Assembly (NCBI RefSeq): GCF_006345805.1
Contig: NC_043000.1
Coordinates: 31,000,001-31,064,000 of the forward strand
Direction of reading: 5' to 3'
Length of the DNA stretch: 64,000 nt
Source: Octopus sinensis
Taxonomy: Eukaryota
The position numbers and the translations under genes are program-made. The notes under the pieces are model-generated. The model was not told where the DNA came from. It saw nothing but the letters and a program-made list of their open reading frames with translations, and did not search any database. Of the stretch, positions 37,634 through 49,933 are shown piece by piece (the stretch's first letter is position 1; each line of letters starts with the position of its first letter).

Positions 37634-39722
37634 TTAGAGTTTGCTAATTGGATCCAATCTAATCAACCTCGGTAAGGATTACCGGCGAAGGTAAAGAATG
37701 CGCACACCACTCGTTCTGCGGCGTTGAAGAGGGTTACGCCGAAAGAGGGTGGTGTGCGTATTCTTTACCTTTGCCCGATTACCGACTCGGGATGAAACCC
37801 CATAGACACTAGTGAGGCGTTGATTTTTCCAATTCCCCTCAAATCTTAGAAAATATATTGAGTTTTCTTTAGCAGACCGTACTCCACCCTAGTTACTAAT
37901 GTTGGGTTTTGGCAAACGGTAGCAAGAGAGATTCACGTAAAGCACTATCTTATATTAACTGAGACCACAACGAGAATCACCCCGAAACGGAATTGTTCGT
38001 TAAAATAGGTGGATCGTTTTCGGGCGTACACTGAATAGAATTGTTCCAAATTTTAGCTTTATTAGTAGAGCAAATCTATTTTAGAAATTTGTAACAAACT
38101 GGTTTTAGGTACTTGAGAAAAATAATGTAAAAACGTACACTAAGCCAGATAATATTTCTCTTGTCATTTTTAATATATCACGACTTCATAATTTTTGCTG
38201 AGACACTTCTATCACAGCATAAAATGATTTCACATATTTTTCATAAATTTAAATACACAATCTCTTAAAGTCCACGACCTCTGTTGCAAACTTTTTTTTT
38301 GTCATAGCTGCGATAGTTTTAGTCATTTGATCTGACAAAAGAAATGTGTCAAATATTGTCTATCATCTACATTGATAAAGAGACCTGTCCCATTTTAACA
38401 AAAACGCACCTGTATGCATACCTGTAACAAAATACCTCCCCTTTCCATCATCTTCCCTCACAATACTAGTGTCTGTTTAGTGTTTTTTTTTAACAAACAT
38501 CCCTGGAATTTTTTCTTTATCCTTCAGTAAATTGGCATTTTTTTTAGCGAAGGGCTATCAGTGACTAAGCAGAGCTATCCACGCGTTCCAGTTGTGACCA
38601 TCCCTTATTCTTTTCAGTCTTTAGTCTTACATTATATGTACAATGCGTTCTCGATTTAACTTTTTTTTTTAAGATAAAATATGCGATTTAAAGGAGATTT
38701 GGCTGCTATTTCGTTCGACTAATTAATGTTTATAATTGTATATTATCTTACTGAAGTTTATTTAATACAACTTTTAAACTAAGTATGGAAATGTAAAGAA
38801 TGCGTCTTGTTACTTTTTAAACAATCTTCCTTTGATCTTAAAAAATAATTGTTTTGTTAATTTTTAATCGATTGTGTGTGTGTATGCGTGTAGGTAGATA
38901 TGTACCTCCTTTAATGCAAAGCATCTATATCTTTCCCTCTACGCTTACTCTAACCTCTCATCACCTGGCATAAAACTATCTACCTCAATACTACTCTCCC
39001 TTTATTCGAGCGGGGGGGGGGTCTTGTAAGCCACTTGGTTACCTTAGTGGTGTTGGTGCCATGTAAAAAGCACCCAACACATTCTGCAAAGTGGTTGGTG
39101 TTAGGAAGGGCATCCAACCGTGGAAATCATGTCATAGCAGTCAGTTGAGCTTGGCACAGTCTTCTAACTTTCCAGCTCCTGTCAAACTATCTGATCCATG
39201 CCAGCATGGAAAACAGACGTTAAATGAATAAACTCAGAGGAAGCTTGCATCACTGAACCCTAACACTGACAGCAGGGGTGCAGCACAATGATTATTTCCC
39301 TACACATTGCTCGATACACATTTTTGAATCTAAAGTATCTCTATGCACACCCTCAGCTGCTATAAGTGGTAAAAACATTTTTTCTTCTAATTACCATGTT
39401 TATTAAACAGCTATTTAAGAAAAAGAGTGTCTGTAGTTTACAAAAATGACAAGTGACAATTTCTAGGCTCAAAAAAAATTGTTTATAAGCAAACTATAAA
39501 GATATGAAACTCTAAGGACTACTACAAATTAACTATGTACCCTAGTTATAAAATGATATTAGAAACAAAATATTTCTATTTAATAATAGTCTATATAAAT
39601 GTTGGTTGGTTGATTTCACTAGTCATGCTTTATGTGGTGTAGAGAATGGGGGCAACAGAGTAACAGAAAGGTGCAGGATGAATGCTCATGCTTCGCTTGG
39701 TGGCAGGCAGTGCATAAAAGAA

Positions 39723-39768
<46 letters not shown>

Positions 39769-40416
39769 GGTGAGAGAGAAAGAATTGTAGAGACAGTAGT
39801 TATACAAACGATAAATTTGCTTCATTTGATTTTAAGATAATATTTTCCGTTTTGAAAATCAATATTCATTTTGTCATTTTGTATAAGCACCAGGAAATGT
39901 GATAATACTCAAATTATAATTGTTGTATGTATGCCATATTTCCTGATACTATCCATAGAGGTAGAAGTATACTCCCAAAGTAACTGGTCATATGTCAGGT
40001 AACACTCTAGTATATGTATATGCATGCGTATATATCTATATATTAATTTACTCTAAAAGGATTCCTTGTCCAAATCTGGAATGTTTATCTCTTACCAATT
40101 TGCTGAACCACTCTTTCGTATCACAACAGACACATGCATGGTTGTGTGGGTTGAAGAGATTGCTTCCCAACTATGTGGTATTGAGTTCAGTCCCAATGTG
40201 CAGCACCTTGAGCAAATGTCTTCTACTATAGCCCCAGGCTGACCAAATCCTTGTGAGTGGATTTGATAGTTGGAAACTGGAAAAAACTTATATAAAGCTC
40301 CTGCAGTGTGTCCATGACCAACACTGATTGATCTCACTGTGTATGTGTATATAATTTAACATCCCTGTTCTGTGGCAGGCTTCGGTTAGATGGTTTGACA
40401 GAATCTGGTGTGTCCT

Positions 40417-40820
40417 TTGACTTGACTTGAGACAGCATTCACCCGGGGTGGGTTGAGCTGGCTTCATTCATCCTCAATGCTGCATCTCTCACAAACGCCG
40501 ACCAGGCCTGGTGATTTGAGGCTAACGACCATGTGATCTCCAACCACTCCTTATTCCAGCGGCAAACGCTGTAGATATGGGGGCCTAGGTTGGGTTTCAG
40601 ATCAGCCTTGACTGCCATCAGCCAGGTTTTTCGTTGTCCACCACATCACTTTCGCCAACCCTGAAGGGGAGCTGGGGCAATTGCTTCGTAGATGAATTCT
40701 CCTGGTTGATGACGGAGGGCATGACCCAGCCAACGCAGACGTCTCGTTAGGATGACTTGTTGGAGGGAGGTGATTCTGCACTGGTGTCGCACCGAATTGT
40801 TGGAAACAAAGTGATGCCAT
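40417..40820 (-). mobile_element. Second RTE-clade LINE family with (CAAGT)n tail, inserted in an old RTE tail
   Basis: TSD TGGTGTGTCCT at 40406-40416 and 40821-40831. Peptide RRLRWLGHALR...GWRK*CGGQRKTWL. Confidence 0.8.
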
Positions 40821-41169
40821 TGGTGTGTCCTAGGACTGCATCACACTCCAATATCTGTTTTGAAATGGTTTTCACTTTTGGATGCCCTTCCTAATGCTAA
40901 CTACTTTAAAGCATGAACTGAGTGCTTTTTTTGTGCCATCTGCATTATTGTGGTTGTTACACAGTTTGCAGGACAATAAGCCCTGGGGGAGGTGTATGTG
41001 GGGAACTTTATTATGACAGAGGTAGGGCAGAGCAGGTTGCTTCAGAGGGATTTGCATGACTATTCACATTTAGTAGGGGAAAAGGAGGGTGAGAAAGAAA
41101 GAGACAATGACCATTAGGGGCTGCAATAAATAGATAATGAATATATGTATATATAGATATCTATATATA

Positions 41170-42266
41170 AATATAAATCTTAGTCTTAGTAAGTAGGAAA
41201 GCAGACAAATCACAAATCCCTTCAGGTAGATGGCCCTGCTCAATCTACAGAAAAGATGTAGGTAGAAACTCCATAAGAGGTACTCGGTGTAAACTATGGA
41301 TACATAAGAGGTGCAGTAATATCAAAGGAAGGCTAACTGGGAGGATAGTTTTTGTGTGTGGCAGATGCACAGGGACAATAAACACCAAAGATGTACAAAA
41401 AACAGATTCCATCACATGCTAGGGGAAAAACTAGAAGTAGTTGATAGAGAGTATAAGCACCCTGAAAGAAAAGTTGGACATAAGAAGCATCAGATGTGGT
41501 TGCAAGAGAGATGACTGTGCTGGTATGGTCATGTGTTGCATATGGATGAGGATAGCTGTGTGAAGAAGTGTCACACCCTAGCAGTTGAGGGAACCTGTGG
41601 AAGAGGTAGACCCAAGAAAACCGGGGATGAGGTGAAACATGACTTTTGAACACTGGGCCTCACAGAGGCAATGACAAGTGACTGAGACCTTTGGAGATAT
41701 ACTGTGCTTAAGAAGACCCGGCATGCCAAGTTAGACCATGACTGTGGCGTATGCCAGTGCTGTATAACCAGTCCATTTAAGAGTCCCCTTCACTCATTGG
41801 ACAATGAACTATGCTTGCGAAGACCTGTTGAGGCAAGTGAAATTGCTGTCGTGACTGATTGCAGTACTGCCTGATTGGCACCCATGCTAGTGGAATGTTA
41901 GAAGCATCATTTGAATTTGATTGTTGCCAGTGCCACCTGACTGGCTCCCATGCCGGTGGCACATTAAAAAAAGCACCATTTGAGCATGGTCATTGTCAGT
42001 GCTGCCAGACTGGCTCCTGTGCAGGTGGCACATAAAAAGCACCATTTGAGTATGGCCGATGCCAGTACTGCCTGACTGGCCCTTGTGCTGGTGGCATGTA
42101 AAAGCACCCACTACACTCTCAGAGTGGTTGGTGTTAGGAAGGGCAACCAGCTGTAAAAACTCTGCCTGATCAGATTGGAGACAGGTTCAGCCTTCTGGCT
42201 TGCCGTCCCTCAGTCAAACCGTCCAACCCATGCCAGCATGGAAAGCAGACGTTAAAAGATGATGAT
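41170..42266 (+). mobile_element. RTE LINE 3' fragment with tail
   Basis: WPCSIYRKDVGRNSI...HKRCSNIKG, GRGRPKK, the 3' UTR array and (GAT)n. Confidence 0.85.
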
Positions 42267-44430
42267 ATATATCTACTACATAGGTGGAAAATTGGTGTGT
42301 GTTTGGTTGTGGCATTGTTAGCTAACTCCTCCTACATCGTTTTATTGATTTTGATGAAACTTGACATGTGGGTAGAAATCATGTCTGGAAACCTTGTGAC
42401 ATATTTAGATTGTTGAAAAAATCAAATGTTTTTTTAAACACTCAAGGGAAATAACCCAAAGCACCTGCACTTTATTTGAATTCTTACTATTGGGTAATTA
42501 ATTTCATGTTATTACATAATTGACTTCACAATTTGGATATTCATAACTTATTGGGAATTCTTAAAAACAAGATCCAGTGTAAGACAGGTTGATATTCTCA
42601 TCATCATCATCGTTTAATGTCCGCTTTCCATGCTAGCATAGGTTGGACGATTTGACTGAGGTCAGGCGAACCAGACATCAATATATATATTTATGTATAT
42701 GTATGTGTGTATATGTTTCTGTGTCTGTGTTTGTCCCTCCAACATCGCTTGATAACCGATGCTGGTGTGTTTACGTCCCTGTAACTTAGTGGTTCAGCAA
42801 GAGAGACCGATAGAATAAGTACTTGGCTTACAAAGAATAAGTCCTGGAGTCAATTTGCTCGACTAAAGGCAGTGCTCCAGCATGGCCACTGTCAAATGAC
42901 TGAAATAAGTCAAAGAGTAAAGAGTATCCAATGTGTCCTTTTTTCTCGAGTGTGATATGGAGATGGGGCTGTTATTTCTAGCAGGTCATTTGACCTCATA
43001 AAAGTTCTGTGATTGAGACGAGTGCAATAAATTGTATGAAATGTAGCAACCTGCCTGAGATTGCCCATGGTTTTATGATAGAGACCATCCGAGCGTGATC
43101 GTTGCCAGAACAGCCAACTGGCTTCTGTGCCAGTGGCACATAAAAGGGCACAATTCTAGCGTGATCGTTACCACCTGTGCTGGTGGCATGTGTAAAAAGA
43201 TTCGAGCGAGGTCGTTGCCAGTATCGCCTGATGACCCCTGTGCCGGTGGCACGTAAAAAGCATCCACTACACTCTTGGAGTGGTTGGCATTAGGAAGGGC
43301 ATCCTGCTGTAGAAACTCTACCAGATCAAGATTGGAGCTTGGTGCAGCCATCTGGTTCGCCAGCCCTCAGTCAAAATCGTCCAGCACATGCTAGCATGGA
43401 AAGCGGACATTAAACGATGATGATGATGATGACTTCCTATTTTCAAGTGACTGAAATTAAAAACTTTCATCAAAATTTCCTGTTATATCCAAACACAGCT
43501 TAATTACAGTCACTTTATTAAATTCTTCATTATTTTCAAAATGAATTAAAAAGTACCTTGGATTGCCAAACAACCTGCTGTGCTTACCTTGGATCGTAGG
43601 GTAACCTACTGTGCTTGAGGAGACCTATTGAGTCAAGTACATCAACATCAAAATAAATATCAAATGGAAATTGTAGTTACGATGCCTGTGCCGGCGGCAC
43701 ATATGAAGCACCATCTGAACATGGCCGATGCCAGTGCCGCCTTGACTGGCTTCTGTGCTGGTGGCACATGACCTGCTGTGCTTGAGGAGACCTATTGAGT
43801 GAAGTACATCAACATCAAAATAAATATCAAATGGAAATTGTAGTTGTGATACCTGTGCCGGTGGCACGTAAAAAGCACCATTCGAACGTGGCCGATGCCA
43901 GCGCCGCCTTGACTGGCTTCTCTGCTGGTGGCACGTAAAAAGCACCCACTACACTCATGGCATGGTTGGCGTTAGGAAGGGCATCCAGCTGTAGAAACAC
44001 TGCCAGATCAGACTAGAGCCTGGTGCAGTCCCCTGGCTTCCCAGACCCCGGTCGAACTGTCCAACCCGTGCTAGCATGGAAAACGGACGATGATGATGAT
44101 GATGAAGTGTATTTCAATAGAAATTGGGTAAGAAAAGCATTAAGATAACAGTCTGTTGTTCTGATGGTAGAAGGTGCCATGAAACGGTATGGTGATGAAG
44201 TAGGGAATTCACTTGTGGTTTCTTCTGAATATTTTCCAATGTTGGAAGAAGAAGGAATCTTATCTTTATTGTGAGTTTGGCAAATATTAATGTGTGAAAC
44301 TGTCTTACATAAAAAGTTGCCCAAACATATGTAAGAAGGGAGTATTTATTTAAAGTTTACAGAAAGAATAGTATAATGAAGGTTTTTATTCCATATAATA
44401 TTGAAATAAGTAGTTCTTACATCTAGGTAT

Positions 44431-44653
44431 TTAATCCCTTAGTATTCAGGTTATTTTGTTAAATTTGATGCTTATTTATTTGCATTGCTTTGAATTAATC
44501 ATGCATTCTCATAGCTTAAAGATTTCAGTGGTGTGACTCTATTTTAGGATGACATTGTAGGGCAGGTATGAGTGACCAGATCTAGTCAGTTTGAATGTAA
44601 AGCATATCGAATATTTTGGGCCTGATATGATTGGTTTAAATGCTAAAGGGTTA
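44431..44653. mobile_element. Degenerate TTAA/CCCTT-ended MITE
   Basis: TTAATCCCTTAGTATT ... AATGCTAAAGGGTTA. Confidence 0.6.
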
Positions 44654-44994
44654 CATGTTAGATTGTCAGATCTCCTTCAAAAACTATAGTGAAAGTTCTG
44701 ATCGGATGGAAGAAATGGATATTTAATCACAGTTGGTGATAATAGAGAATATTGGTTTGAAATGAGGAGAACAAAAAAAAAGAGTTGTGACCTTAGTTTA
44801 AGAGTGAATGATGTAGATGGAGAAATGAGAGAGAAAAAAATCCTACCAAAAACAATAAATTCTTCAATGGAACAAGTAGACTGGAGATTGCAACTAATTT
44901 CATGTTATATACTTGCCAGGTGTTCCTTTATAGTGTAAAGGTTGGTATTGCATTTGTAGTTTCTCACCTGGGAAATATATGAAATAAATCATGC

Positions 44995-45128
44995 ATATAT
45001 GTATATATATGTATGTATATGTATATATATATATGTATGTATATGTATATATATATATGTATGTATATGTATATATATATATGTATATATGTATGTATAT
45101 GTATATATATGTATGTATATATATATAT

Positions 45129-45207
<79 letters not shown>

Positions 45208-45210
45208 CAT
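44995..45210. repeat. Compound (TA)n/(TATG)n microsatellite. Others at about 18478-18590, 24675-24770, 28235-28285, 33594-33630, 50275-50310, 53560-53643, 61378-61435
   Basis: Read directly from the sequence. Confidence 0.95.
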
Positions 45211-45728
45211 ACATACATCTTCTTTTGCTTGATTAATAGGTAATGTGAATTAACAAAGATCAAAGCAGTTTCATTTTCCTTTGAATCTAAATACTTTTGA
45301 TTTATTATGCATAAGGTATATTTCTCATTTTTTTTTTAAAAAGAATTGATGGCGGCTCGGTTGATGGTTGTATTTAACTGACTGACATCAAAGAATGAAA
45401 ATTATACTCTAACTTACTTTACATTTGGATGTCAGTGTTATGTAAACCAAGAAAATGTAGCTTTTATACGTTTTGTAATGTTTGTGTTTTATCATGGTGA
45501 GAACTATAAAATCAGTAATACTTAATGTTTCCTAAATTACCTCTGGTTATTTTCTGTTAAGTCAACACAAGTGCTGAAAGTATTTGTTGCAGAATATAAT
45601 CAGTGTTAGCATTTTTAAAACTTTCCTTATATGAAAGAGGTAACCAGTATGAACCTATACTGAATTCTTCCATCTCTTTGACACAATATTATTTCAGGAT
45701 TTTTCATGCTCAATATTTTATCATTCAG

Positions 45729-45809
45729 GTATCTCTTTTGATACGTCGGCCACACCAAATAGGCAATTAAATGCCAAGACTCTGTCCACCAGATCCATAC
45801 TGAAACCTG
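45729..45809 (+). CDS. Second coding exon, 81 nt, phase 1-1: (G)ISFDTSATPNRQLNAKTLSTRSILKP; SILK motif, possibly KNL1-like
   Basis: Acceptor attttatcattcag and donor G|GTATGT. The exon is open and in phase with exon 1 and encodes R-S-I-L-K-P. Confidence 0.55.
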
Positions 45810-46309
45810 GTATGTATGAATTCTAGTTATCTTGCACGTCTTTTATAGTTCCAACCATTAAACTGTCTGTGTCATCCTGTGTTTGAATATTTTCATATGG
45901 AATGCTTTTTGCAGATCAGTACCACATACATGATTATTGACTACCAATATGTGTATGTATGAATGCATGTGTGTGTGTATACTTATACATACATAAATTA
46001 TATATATACATTATATATATATACATACATAATATATATATATACACATACATAAAAAAAGACAAATGGAAATTGTAGTTGTGATACCTGTGTCGGTGGT
46101 ACGTTAAAAGCACCATCCGTACGTGGCCGAAGCTAGCACCGCCTTGACCGGCTTCCGTGCCAGTGGCATGTAAAAAGCACCAACCGATTGTGGCCGTTGC
46201 CAGCCTCCCCTGGCACCTGTGCTGGTGGCACGTAAAAAGCATTCACTACGCTCACGGAGTGGTTGGCGTTAGGAAGGGCATCTAACTGTAGAAACACTGC
46301 CAGATGGAA

Positions 46310-48720
46310 GGACTGGAAGAACAGTGGTAAAAGGGAATTGTATCAGATTGCCAGAAGGGAGCTAAGAGACAGGTTTACTTAGTCAGTGTTCTGCATTGTG
46401 AGTGTTTTGTTTTGCATGACAGTGTGTGAGAAAGAATTGTGATGCTATAGGAGAGAAATGTGTCTGCATGGATGATGGCTCACTTGCATTTAATGAGGCT
46501 GCAAAGAGAGACTTGGAGACACTACTATGAAAGGTTGCTATATGAAGAGAATGAATGGGAAATAGAGAATCTGCTGAATGTCGACCCAACAGAGGGACCA
46601 GCTATCCGAATTGACAGTACCTTGGTAGATAAAGCAATTAAGGGTATAGACAGGGAAAGCCCCCGGTCTGTCAGGAATCACTGCAGAGATGCTTAAAATA
46701 TCTGAAAATGGTGTTGGCTATAGCCTAGTCACCCATATACTAAACCAGGTGATACACAAAGGAGTCATACCCAATGACTGGTGTAGCAGCACCATAGTCA
46801 ACTGCTACAAAAGTAAATGTGATGCATTAGATATGAATAATTATAGAGATATCAAGTTGTTGGATCAGGTAATGAAAGTCACGGAGAGGGTTATAGACCA
46901 ACTAATTAGGGAGAGAGTCAATTAAGTCAAGATGCAATTTGGGTTTGTGCCAGGGAAAAGCACCACTGACGCTACATTTCTGGTAAGACAGCTGCAGGAG
47001 AAATACCTGGCCAAAGATAAACCTCTGTGCCTGGCTTTCGTTGACATGGAGAAAGCCTTTGACAAGGTCCCTCTGATCCCTTATCTGGTGGTCAATGCAG
47101 AAACTAGGGATATATGAGTGGTTAGTGAAAGCTGTACAAGCCATTTACAGAGATGCTGTCAGTAAGGTAAGGGTTGGCAATGAGTATAGTGAAGAATTCC
47201 AGGTAGGGGACTCCCAAGGATCAGTCCTCAGCCCACTCTTATTCATCATAGTCCTCCAGGCAGTAATGGAGGAATTGAAGAAGGATGCCCCTGGGAGCTT
47301 CTCTATGCTGATGACCTTGCTCTAATAGCGGAGTCACTATCAGAACTAGAGAAGTTTCAGGTGTGGAAGCAAGGTTTAAAATCGAAGGGCCTTAGAGTCA
47401 ATCAAACAAAAATCAAAGTCTTAATAAATAGGTACATAAGATGTACCTGGTGTAAGTTTTGGACACATAAGAGGTGCAGCAATATCAAAGGAAGGCTAAG
47501 TGGGAAGATAGTTTTTGTGTGTGGCAAATGCTCAGGGGCAATAAACACTGAAAATGTGCAGAAAACAGCTTTTGTCACGTTCCGGGGGAAATAACTAGAT
47601 GTAGTTGATAGCTTCCATTACCTTGGTGACCAAGTCTGTAGCTGGGGTGGATGCTCTGTGAGTGTAGCTGCTAGAATAAGAATAGCCTGGGTAAAGTTCA
47701 GAGAGCTCCTACCTCTGCTGGTGACAAAGGACCTCTCGCTCAGAGTAAAAGGTAGACTGTATGAAGCCTGTGTGTGAACAGCCATGCTATATGGTAGTGA
47801 AACATGGACTGTGACTGCTGAGGACATGTGTAAGCTGGCAAGGAATGAAGCCAGTATGCTCTGCTGGATGTGTAATGTCAGTGTGCGTACACGACAGAGT
47901 GTAAGTACCCTAAGAGAAAAGTTAGACTTAAGAAGCATCAGATGTGGTGTACAAGAGAGACGACTGCGCTGGTATGGTCATGTGTTGCATATGGAGGAGG
48001 ACAGCTGTGTGAAAAAGTGTCACACCCTAGCATTTGAGGGAACCTGTGTAAGAGGTAGACCCTGGAAGACCTGGGATGAAGTGGTAAAGCACGACCTTTG
48101 AACATTGGGCCTCATGGAGGTGATGACAAGTGAAGGAGATCTTTGGAGATATACTGTGCTTGAGAAGACCCTGCAAGCCAAGTGAGACCGTAACTGTGAC
48201 CTATGCCAGTGCAGCATAACCAGCCCATTTAAGAGTACCCTTCAATCATTGGGCAATAAACTGCGCTTGTGAAGACCTGTTGAGGCAAGTGAAGTCATTG
48301 CCATGGCTGATGACATTACTGCCTGATTGGCACCCTGCCGGTGATACGTAAAAAAGCACCTTTCGAGTGTGGTCGATGCCAGTGCCGCCTGACTGGTCCC
48401 TTGCTGGTAGCATGTAGAAAGCACCATTCGTGTTTGATTGTTGCCAGCGCCACCTGTTTGGCTCCCGTGCTGGTGGCACGCAAAAAACACTTTTCAAGCA
48501 TGGTTGATGCCAGTACTGTCTCACAGTCCCTAGTGCTGTTGGCACGTAATAAGCACCCACTACACTCTCAGAGTGGTTGGCATTAGGAAGGGTGTTCAAC
48601 TGTAGAAACTTTGCAAGTTCAGATTGGAGCCTGGTGCAGCCTTCTGGCTTGCCAGTCCTCAGTCAAACTGTGTAACCCATGCCAAGATGGAAAATGGACG
48701 TTAAACAACGATGACGATGA
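46310..48720 (+). mobile_element. Longest RTE LINE copy (5'-truncated ORF2, 3' UTR array, (GAT)n tail)
   Basis: QFGFVPGKSTTDATF, AFVDMEKAFDKVP, QGSVLSPLLF, YADDL, LYGSETW and RRLRWYGHV motifs are continuous with the 3' UTR and tail. Confidence 0.9.
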
Positions 48721-48839
48721 TAGTATTAATATATTATTGCGTTTTAATAATATAATTTTTCTCTGATTCTACTCATTCTTGAATTTGATGGACATAAAAC
48801 GGTACGTAAGCCGACTCAAGAATTCTCTAGTGAGACTCT

Positions 48840-48890
48840 ATTGATGTACCTGAAGAGACCCAGAACGGGTCGAAACGTGTTGTACCCAAT
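48840..48890 (+). ncRNA. Minimal type I hammerhead in a different Penelope pLTR family
   Basis: attgatgtac-CTGAAGA-gaccc agaac gggtc-GAAAC-GT-GTT-gtacccaat, with AATAAA immediately after. Confidence 0.7.
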
Positions 48891-49247
48891 AAAGTATATT
48901 ACACATTCCATCTCCTACTTTATTAATACTGTTACCTCAACCACCACTATGGAGTTCCTGCCGTAAATCTAAGGATAACAATAGGTAATCAAAACTGCTG
49001 GTGCTTTACCTACCATCCATTTATACATTTTGTACAATTTCTCCATTATATATATGTGTGTGTGTATATATATATATACAAAATGAGAAAATGGAGAAAC
49101 ATACTTAAATCAATCAATCATCAACCATCAGATAATACCCAATCAATACTTTATTACACCATTACATAACAGCAAAGACATTATACATAATATATTGTAA
49201 ATATAACTAGACATGGAAATATAAATATAAAATACAATTACATCATA

Positions 49248-49358
49248 TCTGACAGCTGTTTCGGCCGTGAGGACAAGTATGTCTCATTTAACCTATTAGC
49301 CATATAAAGCAGGTATAAATGAGACATTAACAAGGTTGTCTCACGGCCTCTTCAGAGA
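49248..49358 (-). ncRNA. Second copy of the long-stem-II hammerhead, in inverted orientation
   Basis: Reverse complement of 49823-49933 with one substitution inside stem II; core intact. Confidence 0.8.
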
Positions 49359-49822
49359 ATTTAATATAAGCGTGAAAAAAAATTTACATATAGAATAATC
49401 AATATCAAGTGGACAGATGAATTAGACTTATTGATATGCAGATGTCCGCTTGCTGTACATGGTACAATCATGGTTGTTATTATTATTATTATTATTATTA
49501 TTAATATTAATATTAATTTTTATTGACTTTTTGTAGGGTTATACATTTTAATGAACTGGACTGTGTTTTTATATATATATATATGTCTGCTTTAAATTTA
49601 AATGTGAGTGTACATGTATTTCCTTGATGTTAGTTATGGAACTAGGAGTCCAAAATGGAAAATAACTGTGTTTGTTAATGTATACTGATATATTTTGTTT
49701 ATATTGTATTATTGTATTAATGTGTATATATATATGTGTAGAATTATGAGTGTCTATGCACACATTTTTATATTTTATATTTTTATATTTATATGTAAAT
49801 TTTTTTCACACTTATATTAAAT

Positions 49823-49933
49823 TCTCTGAAGAGGCCGTGAGACATCCTTGTTAATGTCTCATTTATACCTGCTTTATATGGCTAATAGGTTAAATGAGAC
49901 ATACTTGTCCTCACGGCCGAAACAGCTGTCAGA
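49823..49933 (+). ncRNA. Type I hammerhead ribozyme with long stem II (Penelope pLTR)
   Basis: tct-CTGAAGA-[ggccgtgag...ctcacggcc]-GAAAC-AGCT-GTC-aga. The core is intact, stem III is palindromic (ACAGCTGT) and the cleavage triplet is GUC. Confidence 0.8.

Noticed and set aside
44964-45263. Tyr/Ile-rich ORFs (also 18185-18641, 30171-30485, 53369-53805)
   Set aside because: Microsatellite translations.
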